From Catajapyx aquilonaris (taxonomy: Eukaryota), in contig KZ538413.1 of the NCBI GenBank assembly GCA_000934665.2, positions 53,602 to 73,601 on the forward strand: DNA of 20,000 nucleotides, given 5' to 3'. Below, piece after piece: positions 9,823 through 20,000 of this stretch. Position numbers and translations under genes: made by a program. How positions within the stretch are numbered: the stretch's first letter is position 1; each line of letters starts with the position of its first letter. The notes under the pieces are model-generated. The model was given only the letters and a program-made list of their open reading frames with translations, was not told the origin of the DNA and did no database searches.

Positions 9823-10971
9823 GCGCCATTGTGTATCATTATGGAAGTAGCCAACCTGAAGAATGAAGATGACACTAGAATTGTTCCTACATCCCCACTA
9901 CCTATCCGGTTCGGGATCCGAGGGGAGCTTCAAAGACGGCCACGCTCCTCGCCGATACCGATGGACACGCCGAGTCCCCCATCGCCTGTTCCTTGTGCAT
10001 CAACGTGGCCACGAGATCAAGCCCAACCATTAGACTTCTCCACCCGTAAGTGCTGGTCTCAAACAAATGGTTCTCCTCAACTTCCTACTAAGATGGAGGC
10101 ACAAGATGACCACGACGAAGCCCTCGACTACTCGCAGTGGCTGCCAATGAACGGTTGTGCGCGCTCCAAAGCCAAGGTTCCCCCCCAGTCGCAAAATATG
10201 ATGAAGCTGTACGCCGGCATGATGGGCAGCCTCTCCCAGAATTACCTACCATACCAGTCCGTATCACCTTTGGCAAGCCCTGTGCCTCCGGCCCCAACAA
10301 CCCCTATTCTTCTGGGACAGCTATTACCAGAGATGAACTCGGAAACAACACCTGCGACGACGAGCGGTAAGGGAAAGGTAGTGCGTCCATTCAAAGCGTA
10401 TCCACGTGATCCGTGCAACTACCTTTCAATGGGCATCAGTATGAGTTCCAACAAGACAGGTATTAACTACGGGATGAGCGAAGTGGAGGCCATATTAGTT
10501 CACCAGTCCAACAATGATTATATGGGCTTCAGGGAGAAGATGCTGAACACGACGTTGACATCAAGGACGAAACAGCGTCAGTCTCCACCATCTACATCAG
10601 CCACCTCTTCCACTGTGACAACCACCACAGTAACTTCTTCTCAAGCAGCAGCAGAAGGTGGCACATCGATCGCTTCTGAAGAGATGTCCAGCATGGGTCC
10701 TACATCCCCTACATCATCTACTTCATCCAATGGCATTCATAAGAAGCGCTCACGGAATCTTCCGGATGAACTGAAGGACGAGGCATATTGGGAGCGACGT
10801 CGAAAGAACAATGAGGCTGCCAAGAGATCACGTGACGCCAGAAGAGCCAAGGAGGATGAGATCGCCATCAGATGTGCCTATTTGGAGCAGGAAAATGTTC
10901 GGCTGAGAGTTGAACTGGCGGCCGCCAGAAGTGAAATTACCAAGCTCAGGTGCATTCTATTCAATAGTTAG
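9823..10971 (+). CDS. gt: Giant-like PAR-related bZIP transcription factor, main coding exon (starts after acceptor AG 9821-9822, phase 0; first in-exon Met at 9841)
   Basis: bZIP basic region [41 protein letters not shown] (from 10774) matches Giant-type proteins (Drosophila Gt has [13 protein letters not shown]). Giant signature [10 protein letters not shown] at 10384-10413. PxDLS-like CtBP motifs PLDFS 10027-10041 and ALDYS 10120-10134. Ser/Thr-rich linker. Stop TAG 10969-10971. Preceded by the pyrimidine-rich acceptor ...gtccctattgttccAG. Confidence 0.88.
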   Translation, partial: APLCIIMEVANLKNEDDTRIVPTSPLPIRFGIRGELQRRPRSSPIPMDTPSPPSPVPCASTWPRDQAQPLDFSTRKCWSQTNGSPQLPTKMEAQDDHDEALDYSQWLPMNGCARSKAKVPPQSQNMMKLYAGMMGSLSQNYLPYQSVSPLASPVPPAPTTPILLGQLLPEMNSETTPATTSGKGKVVRPFKAYPRDPCNYLSMGISMSSNKTGINYGMSEVEAILVHQSNNDYMGFREKMLNTTLTSRTKQRQSPPSTSATSSTVTTTTVTSSQAAAEGGTSIASEEMSSMGPTSPTSSTSSNGIHKKRSRNLPDELKDEAYWERRRKNNEAAKRSRDARRAKEDEIAIRCAYLEQENVRLRVELAAARSEITKLRCILFNS

Positions 10972-11537
10972 AGTGTGATAAAGGAGTTCCTTACATTCCC
11001 AACTATACAGAGTTATCTCAAAGTCCTGTAAGTCCAACCTGGTACAAGAAGGGGTGGAATGAAAGAATTTCAGGATGTAAGACTATTGTAAGTTCCAAGC
11101 TGATAAGTATGTCTTTTCTGCAGGACAGAGAAAGACACGTTTTTGCTCCCATAATTATTCCTGTTTTAAAATCTCCACATATTTATTCTAATGTATTTTT
11201 CAGCATTGTCCAGTCAGTTATATTGCACTAAGGCATACACGTGATACAACATATTGTAGATTAAATATTATGGGACGATTCTATTATAAAGCTATAGAGG
11301 TCCAGGTCAGACACCTACAGTTTATGTAAACTAAGGTTATGATGATCATGACATATTCACACATGATGAGATCAGTTGTGGGCCGTGACATGCAGTATGT
11401 CCTTTTTGACTCGGTTCTCCAGTGCTGCTCAAATAATACACATCACCAAATTAAGTGATTGAACTAGACATCTCTCTCGTATGAAGCAGCAATTGAGCAA
11501 ATAATCAAAATTAGCTACATGTTTACTCTCATAAGTA

Positions 11538-11663
11538 CAGGGTGGGCGAAAAGTCCCAGGACACCAAGCTTTTTTTTTTGCTTGCAAAACAAATCTGTGC
11601 ATGGAAAATGTGTTGGGCAAAAAAAAAAAAAGCCGGGTGTCCTGGGACTTTTCGCCCACCCTG
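11538..11663. mobile_element. 126-bp Tc1/mariner-type MITE with perfect 28-bp TIRs and TA TSD
   Basis: CAGGGTGGGCGAAAAGTCCCAGGACACC and its exact reverse complement at 11636-11663. TA at 11536-11537 and 11664-11665. An inner T-run/A-run extends the pairing. Confidence 0.95.
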
Positions 11664-13578
11664 TATATTACTTGCTACTCAAGCTATTTTATGTAAGCTT
11701 ATGTAGCTGAATTTTTTCAAACCATTTAAGCACAGTATAGAACACTTTGGTATAAATAATACAAAATAGTGCAATTTGCAATGAAATGCTTGGCTCATGT
11801 AGTGTTTATTTACCAGCAGTAACTAACAGGCTTGATTGGTGTTTCTCGAAAATTAATTTTAAGCAATATGCACAGTAAAGTAGTATTCTCTTGGCAAATT
11901 GCAAAATTGACAGCTTTTTCCAGGTCACAAATTTTTCACCCCACACTAAGAGCGGGTTGTACAAAAGCATCTCAGATTCTGCGTAATGTTCAAAATTCAT
12001 AACCATAGATTTTTTCCCTTAGTTTGCTTTGATACAACTTGCTGGTTTTCAAGCTGGACCAATGTTTACGATTGAATTATGACCAAATTTGTAATATGTG
12101 GACCAACTAGAACATCGGGAAATGAGAGTTTTGAACTTGTGCCCTGCACTCACAGCCTTCAGTTGTGGAATCAGGGTGGAATCAGTCTGGAACCAAGGGG
12201 ACTGGCCTGTTCCAAACACCACTGTACTCTCTCATGATGGTAATTACCACTGCGCCCCTGAGCTACTTTGCGACTACTTACAAACTTGTACAGTTCTACA
12301 CGTTGGGAACAAACTTTCAAAAAGGCTTTTTAATCAACTTTCTTTTTTACTTCTTATTTAACAGTGCTTTCGAGGAAGCCTCTTGCTGATCATGGTTAAA
12401 TCTACCTATTCCTAATTTTTAGTCGTGATAAGTTTATGCATTTATATCAAATAAGTAAAGAACAGGTTTGTAACCACCAAGACTGTGGTACTCTTATATT
12501 ATGTCATGTCCAAACTTACGAGTTCATCTCACAAGCATCAGTATTGATACTGTGGTAAAGTAAAAGCCGTCCAATTTTTTACTTTGTTTTACATATTATT
12601 TAGCTGGATAATTATTATATGCAATTCGCCTGTGATATGTGGATATATAGACTCTACACAAAAGTGTATTCTTGACTGGTTTTGTTGTAAATATGTGAAC
12701 TATAACCCATAGGACAGCTCGGAAGTGTTAGTGCCTGAACATCTGCTTTGGGGCAGAACTGGATTCAGTTCTTAGTAGTGGTCACTTGTGAATTTAATTA
12801 TGACTGTAGTATTTAAAATGTACATAATGATTCAATGAATTCCTCTAGACTTGCCAAGTTGGCAATTATTCAGGTGGTGCAATGCCTCAGCCCCCAGTGC
12901 AAGGATGAAGTATTATTATTTAGCCCAGTGACTAGTTTAAAACAAACCATCACAACAAGTGAATGTAACCTGTAGCTTCCAATAAGCTTCTTCTTTTTAG
13001 ACTTGTTGCTGGGATAAGAAGTCCATTTTTCTTCCTTTGCTTTTGGAACCTAGGCAGTCCACCATCGGTAATAGGTGGGTCTGGTATAATGATACATTGT
13101 TCTGATGAAAAAGTGCACTACAACAGTAACTGTAATTTTTACAGGGCTCAATCCCTAAGTCCTAACTTAAAACTACTTAATCTACAGAAAGCAGTTTGAA
13201 GGAGTTCACTAATTATTTGTTTAAGTTAAGTAATGACCTAAATTCTCTGTGATTTATACAACTCATTTACAAGACTTGTTCAAAAGTTCAATAAGAAATC
13301 GGATAGAGTATGCATAAGTCTCAGCGTACATAAGGCAGATAGGAAAAAATACATTTCAGTGGGCCTAATACAACAGTAAATTTTTGCAGTATTACATAAC
13401 TACATAACTTGCTGCAACTACAGTATTGATATGCCTGATGAGCAAGAGTATGAAAATATCATGTGCACGAATATTTTAGGGATACCCCGCTCTGTGGTAC
13501 TGGAGCTGTAGGCAATAATTATTTTCTCATTTCTAAAAATCTTCCTCTAATGAACCTATTCTAAAATTTAAAACTTAA

Positions 13579-13589
13579 AATAAAATAAA
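13579..13589 (+). promoter_or_regulatory. Candidate polyadenylation signal of the giant-like gene (overlapping AATAAA x2)
   Basis: First canonical AATAAA I find after the stop codon, followed by TG/T-rich sequence. A proximal ATTAAA variant sits at 11260-11265. Confidence 0.35.
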
Positions 13590-14050
13590 CTTAATATGTG
13601 AATGTTTTAAGGCTGTTCACCACTTTTGAGTGTCGCGGCGGTAGATTAATATCTGTGTATAGTACTGTAGTATATTTGACAAAATTGTTTTTCTCCAAAT
13701 TTGGAAATATAAGTCACTCCATTTTACTGGGGGTTTTAATGCCAGTCAGAGCTGACTGTATGGCACTATGAACTTCAGTGACACCACATACGAAAATCAA
13801 AACAAACCAAAATATTTTATGTAAAGCTGAATTAAAAGTCGACAAAATAATTTTAATTATAATTTAAGTAGTATCACTTCCCTCGCTCAATCAATGTGTG
13901 ATCTCAGTTTGTCCTATGAATATGTTCAGATTAATCATAAGAGACTAATACTTTTAATAGTCTCATGAATTAACGCTCCAAAAGAAGTCATAAATCAGAT
14001 AATCAGGGATTTTGAACCGCACCACCTTTAATTACAGTATGTGAAGTCTA

Positions 14051-14400
14051 CAGGGTGTTCAGTTTCTCAAATTCTTTCAAATTAAACTTCCACTTCTTAG
14101 AATGTGATTTTGAGTGGCTCTTGCTAGATAGGGGGGCATCCCGTTGAAAGCACACGGTGGATTTTATTTAACTCTTGTGGCAGGCAACAAAGTTTTTTTA
14201 CCGGCTTAAATGCGTAACATGACCAACTAACTGACTATTTGAAATCTGACCATCTGACCTGATATTTATAAAAACCATTGGTCACCCAATATGGGAGTTT
14301 TCTGATAGCCGAGAGCCACTCTCCGTCACATAATACATCGCGAGAATTCGTGAGTTGTTCGCATGTCACTTAACATAAGCAGAATTCAATGAGCACCCTG
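14051..14400. mobile_element. 350-bp Tc1/mariner-type MITE with TA TSD
   Basis: TA-CAGGGTGTTCA...TGAGCACCCTG-TA. Imperfect TIR, no ORF. Confidence 0.7.
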
Positions 14401-14978
14401 TAGAACTGCACAGTTACAGCATTTTTACGTACACTTAGTTCCTCTACTTGCCATAGCATTTTATTTTAAGACGACAAGACTGAATTAGTTGGTAATTTCC
14501 TGTACCTTAAATTTCGTAACTAGTTTCCCTGCTTGTTACAAGTTAGTCATCTACATTACTGTTTGCAAACCTTTACCTGTCATTTATTTAAGAATACACG
14601 ATGAAAATGATTTTCAACAACATGCATTACCGTGTCATGTTATTTCCCTTCACCCCCCCCCCCTCCTCCACACCCAGCTTTTACTTCCACCTCTACAGAG
14701 ATCGCAGACATATTCCCATAAAGGTGAATAATTCTTCCAGACATCTGCTCTCCAGAGACGTGCTTTGAAATCTTTGCACAATGGCATGGGCGGACATTTC
14801 CCGGAAAATCCGTCTCTTAACGTGGTCCTTGAGACTTGTGTTTTAAAGGGATAATCCCTGTGGTGAGTTACAGAAAGCATGATTTTTAAAAAAATTACCC
14901 CGTGATAGAGGACAGCTCTTTGGGCAAGGAAGAAAGGATACGGGTAAGGACGGGGATTTTTGGGGAGGGGGGGGGGGG

Positions 14979-14997
14979 NNNNNNNNNNNNNNNNNNN
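14979..14997. other. Assembly gap (N run) adjoining a poly-G tract
   Basis: 19 Ns. A single N also sits at 7891 within poly-G 7873-7900. Confidence 0.99.
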
Positions 14998-15059
14998 GCA
15001 GATGCAATGTCTGAAAATTGGTAATGTGCAATCCCCCTGGAGTTGCCAGACGTCTCCAA

Positions 15060-15173
15060 GGCGCGGGTCAGAGACCCCCTGACACAGACGAAAGGGAGCT
15101 CCCGGGTGGGGATCTAACCCGGGCCCTTTCGCTCAGCAAGCAGAGCGGTTACCAGCTCGGCTAGACGGCTACC
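15060..15173 (-). mobile_element. tRNA-derived SINE head or tRNA pseudogene
   Basis: Minus strand TAGCCGAGCTGG (A box) and GGTTAGATCCC (15109-15119; B box with one mismatch) at tRNA-like spacing. No convincing cloverleaf. The 3' boundary is uncertain. Confidence 0.6.
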
Positions 15174-15556
15174 ACGCCTCTTCTACAGAAAACAGGAATA
15201 TACGACGATTATATGAATCTTTTCTTGAAAGTAGGCCTACTCACTCGACTTCACTGGAAATAATTTTGTAATACTCTTAGCTACACTCGACAGCCAGCAT
15301 CATGCCTCTTCGGTCAGTACTGACTGAGTTACGAATTTTTAGATCTGGAGACAATATTTTCTTCTCAGTCCCGTGACCAACAGGAAAGCTTCGTTAAAAC
15401 ATGTACAGTACGAGTAACTTATACAGGTACTGTACCTTGATGACAACCCTCAGGAATATCCATGGTGCCATCATTTGGGCCCGGGCCATTTAGCAAATTA
15501 ATTTGATGGTGATGCTGCGAGTTCTCAGTGCGTGATAAGATTGATAACGTATACAA

Positions 15557-15815
15557 ACTTCATTAATTTTGACACGAATGGCGCCCATTTCTGAATTACT
15601 TAGGTCAATTTATTCAATTCCGAATTGTGCCGTATATCAATTCCATTGTGTCTATTCCGGTTCATTCCACATGAAAACTGAATTGAAAGCAATCGATTCA
15701 AGTCAATTCGTTAACATTTTAGTTCAATTCAATTGAATGCGTCAAACCACCAGTCAATTCAATTCATCAGTTAAAAGTAGGCCTAACTCCGAATTACGAG
15801 TAATTTAAATCATAA
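15557..15815 (+). repeat. AATTC-rich dispersed repeat, related to 1371-1425 plus 1770-1950
   Basis: Shared TTTTGACACGAAT (1379-1391 and 15567-15579), TCAATTCGTT and GTTCAATTCAATT blocks in the same order in both copies. Confidence 0.55.
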
Positions 15816-18800
15816 TTGCTTTCGTGCCCATCACTGGCATCATTTGTTGCAAAGGACCGCAAAGGACTTAACGGGATACTTTTCCCTTTGGCCTCTTGTG
15901 GTGTCCTTTGTCCCGTTGGTCGGTTCATGGGGAGGGGACGTTGGCCAATGACCCCTGTCAGCCTATATGCCCTAACAGAAATATGTAGGCTTCACACTGG
16001 GAGGGCAAAGCAGGCCACCCAACCCATTCGGTGGTCAAGCCCTTGCCTTGGGTCAAATCCAGGACAGCTCCGGTAAATCCGGATGCCAGCTGTCTTGTCA
16101 AAAGGCTTCCTGACAGCTACTCCGACGGGCCGCCATATTGCGCTCAGAAGAGGTCACTGCTGCAGCCCCAAGAGTGCATGTTTTAACAAAAAGCAGAATG
16201 TGGGGGCTATGGCTACGCGGCTATGCCCTACGCGCGATGCCTACACAATGCATTCATTTATGAATCGGCCCCTATACTCAAACCATGATTGGGTCTGAAT
16301 CAAGTTGGCATCCTGGATTATAAGTGTCAGTGGTTACATATGCGTTATGCCTCCTTGTACACACCCTCCACCCCTATAGCAACGAGTATTGGTACAGTAT
16401 TTGAACAATGGAGGACCTGTTTCCCTTTGCAACCAGCCGTAACCTGAGCAAAAAGTGACCCGCCAATATAATATGTTAACACAACATAAGCACGAATAAA
16501 TAGAAACATGTGTTTACCTGAACATTTCCGTCAGAAATAATAATTATAGTTTTCATTTCCGTAGTAGCAAAAAGGAATATGCACGGCATAATGATGGGGA
16601 TATTCGGTCAAGATGTCTTCCTTCGGCCCATTGTCGATTGATCCAAATGCCCCAAAATAGTTGACACAATTAGTTGGGGTACTTGTATAGTTGTATTAAT
16701 AATATTGTAATGGTATATATTCACATTAGGAAGTGGAGAAAAGTTCGTCATTTTATAAAAGGGGGAATGACAACAATTTGTGATGACGTAGTCCTGAGCC
16801 GAGTGAAGGAACACTCAAGGAATGCTAAAGATTAAACCACCAGTACGATGACTGGAATAAAAAAGGGGCCTGACAGAGATACGCAAACATAAGGTGAACA
16901 TACCCGTAATTACAACATGTAGCCTCCAAAATAAGAAAAGACTAATACAATGGCATTCCTCACTACCTCACATAACATTGTGCAGTGTTTTATTTTACAT
17001 CCTGGGTCCTCGCACTTTCGACCTAGATATAAGAATGTGTTATTTTAGGGTCGTGAATGATTGTGCATTCAGAACTCCCCTGGTGGCCCTGGAATTGTTT
17101 GATATCTTAATTTTCTAACCCACCACTTTCAAGCGGAAAGCTGGCCGGCAATCTTACCTAAGGTTCCTCCACTAGAACGATTTGCAGCATAGCCCCCCAA
17201 CCCCACTCCTATTGCGAGATGTGACCTGCCTAGCACCCGAGGTCATCACTTCTGAACCCGCGCGCGAAAGGTCCAACCCGCGACATGGAATCAATCCACT
17301 TATGCGCAGCTACATTAGTATGGGAAAAATAAATGTAATGTTCTTACCTCTAGAATTCCCGCAGACGGGCAGGTCCCACTACCTCCATTTCAGGAGACCC
17401 ACTAACCCTTGTCTCCTCAATTAAGAAACGAAAGGGGTTAGGGGGTTAATAATTTTTCAACAATAATAAAAATCACTTATCACGAATAAAATTATCAAAA
17501 CTGCCAGTGGTCATAAGCCACGAGTATGATCTGATTGATCACTGATGGGATGTGCATGACAGGGGCCATCCTACGTATGTCAGGTGCTATTTTTGGGTAC
17601 ACTTTTGATCCAGATTTTTGCAATTTTGTGCTCTTCAATAATATTTTATCGATATCATAATTATGTCAGGAAGAGATTTTTCCAAGGAATAAGACATCAC
17701 GTTATTATTATTTAAAAAATATGAAGGTAGGGGAAAGGGTACATCTCTCAATTTTATTTTTACCAATAAGTACGGTATGTAGAGTAGACTCCGCGGATAT
17801 AACATACTTGAAGGGACCGTGGTAATCAGTCTGTTATAACCGATCTCTGTTATAGCCAAATCGCGACTTATGCAATGAATCCGCAAAGTTTTCTGCCTGC
17901 CATCTGCATATAATGCACACAGCAATTGAACACTTATAAATAAAATTATCCACAAAAATGCGAAATTAGCTCACCCGTAAAATACGCAGGACCTAAAAGA
18001 ATTTTAGTCACAGGTGCCCTTCCTGGGAGGATTCATCAATACATATTGTCGTGAGTTCATGTGGTTATTAGTTGCTGAAAGGTAACTGAAAAAGAGAGAA
18101 GAAATCCCCAGGCAACGTTTCCCCTTGTTTCCGAGCAGTTTTGGCTTATATGCATTTCTCAGATCCCGCTGACAGCCTATTGCATGAATGCAAATCAAGG
18201 AGAAAATCTTCGGAAATGTCGGATTATGCGTGCATACAATTGTACTTGTTCTTGCATACAAATCCAGGCCCAGCATTGCTAATTAAAAATATTCGAATAT
18301 TCTGCAATCATCTCGACAAAGAGTTTTCCCTTAATAATTTTCGATCATATTTTCTAGTGAATAATATCTCCGACTTTAAAAGTCGTAATAGAATTACAAT
18401 TGGACGGTGTTATGCTATAATGGGTTGACCCACAAAAAATGTCAAAATTGAGTTAAACCCAGGAACATATTATACACCTAAATGATCCTACTTCATTCAG
18501 TTAAAATCACTCTGGTGAAATCTGCATACTTCTGCCATAAATGACCGAAAAGAACACTGAATTAATTTCACAGGTATGACCTTCTAAGCCCTTTTTCTCA
18601 AAACTGTTCTCATGCTGGTTGACTCATTATTGCATAACACCGTCCAATAATGCATAATAAGTTGCAGATTAAATATCAGTACACAGTAGACGACGACAAC
18701 GAAACAGATTTCATCAGTATGGTTCATCAGTATGGTTATTTGTTATTCCCGTACATAAGTCCCCATTCTCGGCATCTGTTTGGTATAGTGCATTACCCAC

Positions 18801-19093
18801 GTCCCTAGGGTAAGAGCTGTATAAGTCAAGTCTATAAAAATGAATGAATGCATCATAATTTATTTTATCTTATGCTGTCAAAAACATGAATGATAACAAA
18901 AAAAAAAACTTTCTCCGATCTGTCCATCTTTATATCTGATTATAGCCTACTGCTGCTTATCTGCAACTGCTTGTGCTCTCCTTCCCACTCAAACAGAACT
19001 AAAACCAGACTCGGTTCGTCGAATGGACAGCGGGAGATTGGAAGAGGGTGGGGGTTGGGGGTTGGGGGGTACTCTTATTTCAAAAGTGAAATA

Positions 19094-19595
19094 CCGTAAG
19101 TGACTTTGTGACAAATAAGTTTTTTCGAATCTCGCGTCCAACTCGCGTCCAACTCTAATAATTATTGTCCATCAGGAACATAACCCGACGAGGACTTTAC
19201 AAAGTTTAGGAATTGAACGAAAATTGGGGGAGAAAATATGACCAATTTTTTCTCATAATATTACATTATAAATGATCAATTTTTAAATAATACAGTAGAC
19301 CTATATCGTTGCAATAAAGCCGATATCTTGTCTAAAAATGAAGAGTTTGTGGGGTTACTGTGTTATATTTTCTGTTTCCCATGTTTAACATTAAGGAAAT
19401 GAACACTGTCACTGCGCGTGACTTTGTGACAAATGTAAATGTAAAGATTTTTTAAATGGATAAAGTAATCTGCACACGGATATGTAGAGGAAGGATAAGG
19501 GTACAAAAACCAACAAGACATTTGCTGGGAAAACATTAAACGGTTTCTGCTGATATGAAAACCCTTAAAAATTGTCACAAAGTCACTACTTACTG
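19094..19595. mobile_element. TA-flanked non-autonomous DNA transposon (MITE-like)
   Basis: TA-CCGTAAGTGACTTTGTGACAA ... TTGTCACAAAGTCACTACTTACTG-TA. A third internal copy GTGACTTTGTGACAAAT lies at 19418-19434. Confidence 0.7.
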
Positions 19596-19714
19596 TAACA
19601 CAAAAAATAATGGCACAACTTGTCATGAAAAGTTGTACATAGATCTACATTCAACCAAATAAAGTGGGTGCTTCGTACAACCAATAATTAATCCCATGGC
19701 AAAAGCTACATCTC

Positions 19715-20000
19715 TCAAGAAATTGTGCAAAGTGTGAAAAAACTTGAATCTGAGTCAAAGTCATCGTATTCATTCACATCTTCGTAAGTTTGTACGAGTG
19801 TAATGAGCTTTTCAAAATGGAAAGAATACTTTGGGTCGCTTTTCTCAATCATGCTCATCAGCTTTAAGACGATTCCATGGTTCAGCGAGGAGGTCAACCT
19901 TCTGGGACGATTCTCCATGACAGAAGCGCAGACATGTTCCTTGAAGAATGCGTCCAGTCTTCCTTGCGAGGCCAGTCCTCGCAGAATGGCTACGAGCTTG
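19715..20000 (-). CDS. Probable terminal coding exon (partial, runs off window) of an unidentified convergent gene
   Basis: Frame is open from the window edge: KLVAILRGLASQGRLDAFFKEHVCASVMENRPRRLTSSLNHGIVLKLMSMIEKSDPKYSFHFEKLITLVQTYEDVNEYDDFDSDSSFFTLCTIS*. GC is higher than the flank, with amphipathic-helix-like patterning and an acidic tail. Family not recognised. Confidence 0.6.
   Translation of the reverse strand, partial: KLVAILRGLASQGRLDAFFKEHVCASVMENRPRRLTSSLNHGIVLKLMSMIEKSDPKYSFHFEKLITLVQTYEDVNEYDDFDSDSSFFTLCTIS

Noticed and set aside
10088..10370. Overlapping alternative-frame and antisense ORFs within the giant CDS
   Set aside because: Short shadow ORFs expected in GC-richer coding DNA, with no motifs.
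12851..12865. Short palindromes (TTGCCAAGTTGGCAA; CAGTCAGAGCTGACTG at 13743-13758)
   Set aside because: 7-bp arms are within chance expectation for 20 kb.
13436..13460. Hammerhead ribozyme core (CTGATGA...GAAA); similar cores checked at 981, 18711 and 19855
   Set aside because: Stems I and II cannot be formed around the core.
14696..15039. Possible hAT-like element with CAGAGATCGCA / TGCAATCCCCTG ends
   Set aside because: The end match is poor, there is no TSD and it spans an assembly gap.

Overview
Eukaryotic, invertebrate (probably arthropod) genomic DNA, AT-rich and repeat-laden; not prokaryotic. The one securely identifiable gene is a giant-type PAR-related bZIP transcription factor on the + strand. 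Its main coding exon is 9823-10971 and carries PLDFS/ALDYS CtBP-type motifs, the [10 protein letters not shown] giant motif and a C-terminal bZIP. The first 84 nt of the listed ORF are probably intron. Two separate upstream sites (7942-7952 and 9716-9726) read CAGTGTATG|GT, and either could splice an initiator ATG in frame onto the main exon. The right edge (19715-20000, - strand) holds the probable last coding exon of an unidentified convergent gene. The rest is intergenic, intronic or UTR sequence with a decayed hAT Buster/Charlie transposase remnant, two or three tRNA-derived SINEs, several TA-flanked MITEs, stacked transposon ends, an (ATT)n microsatellite and poly-G/N assembly-uncertain spots. 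I see no clearly new multi-gene system. The best leads concern the transcript architecture and regulation of the giant-like gene, and all need RNA data.
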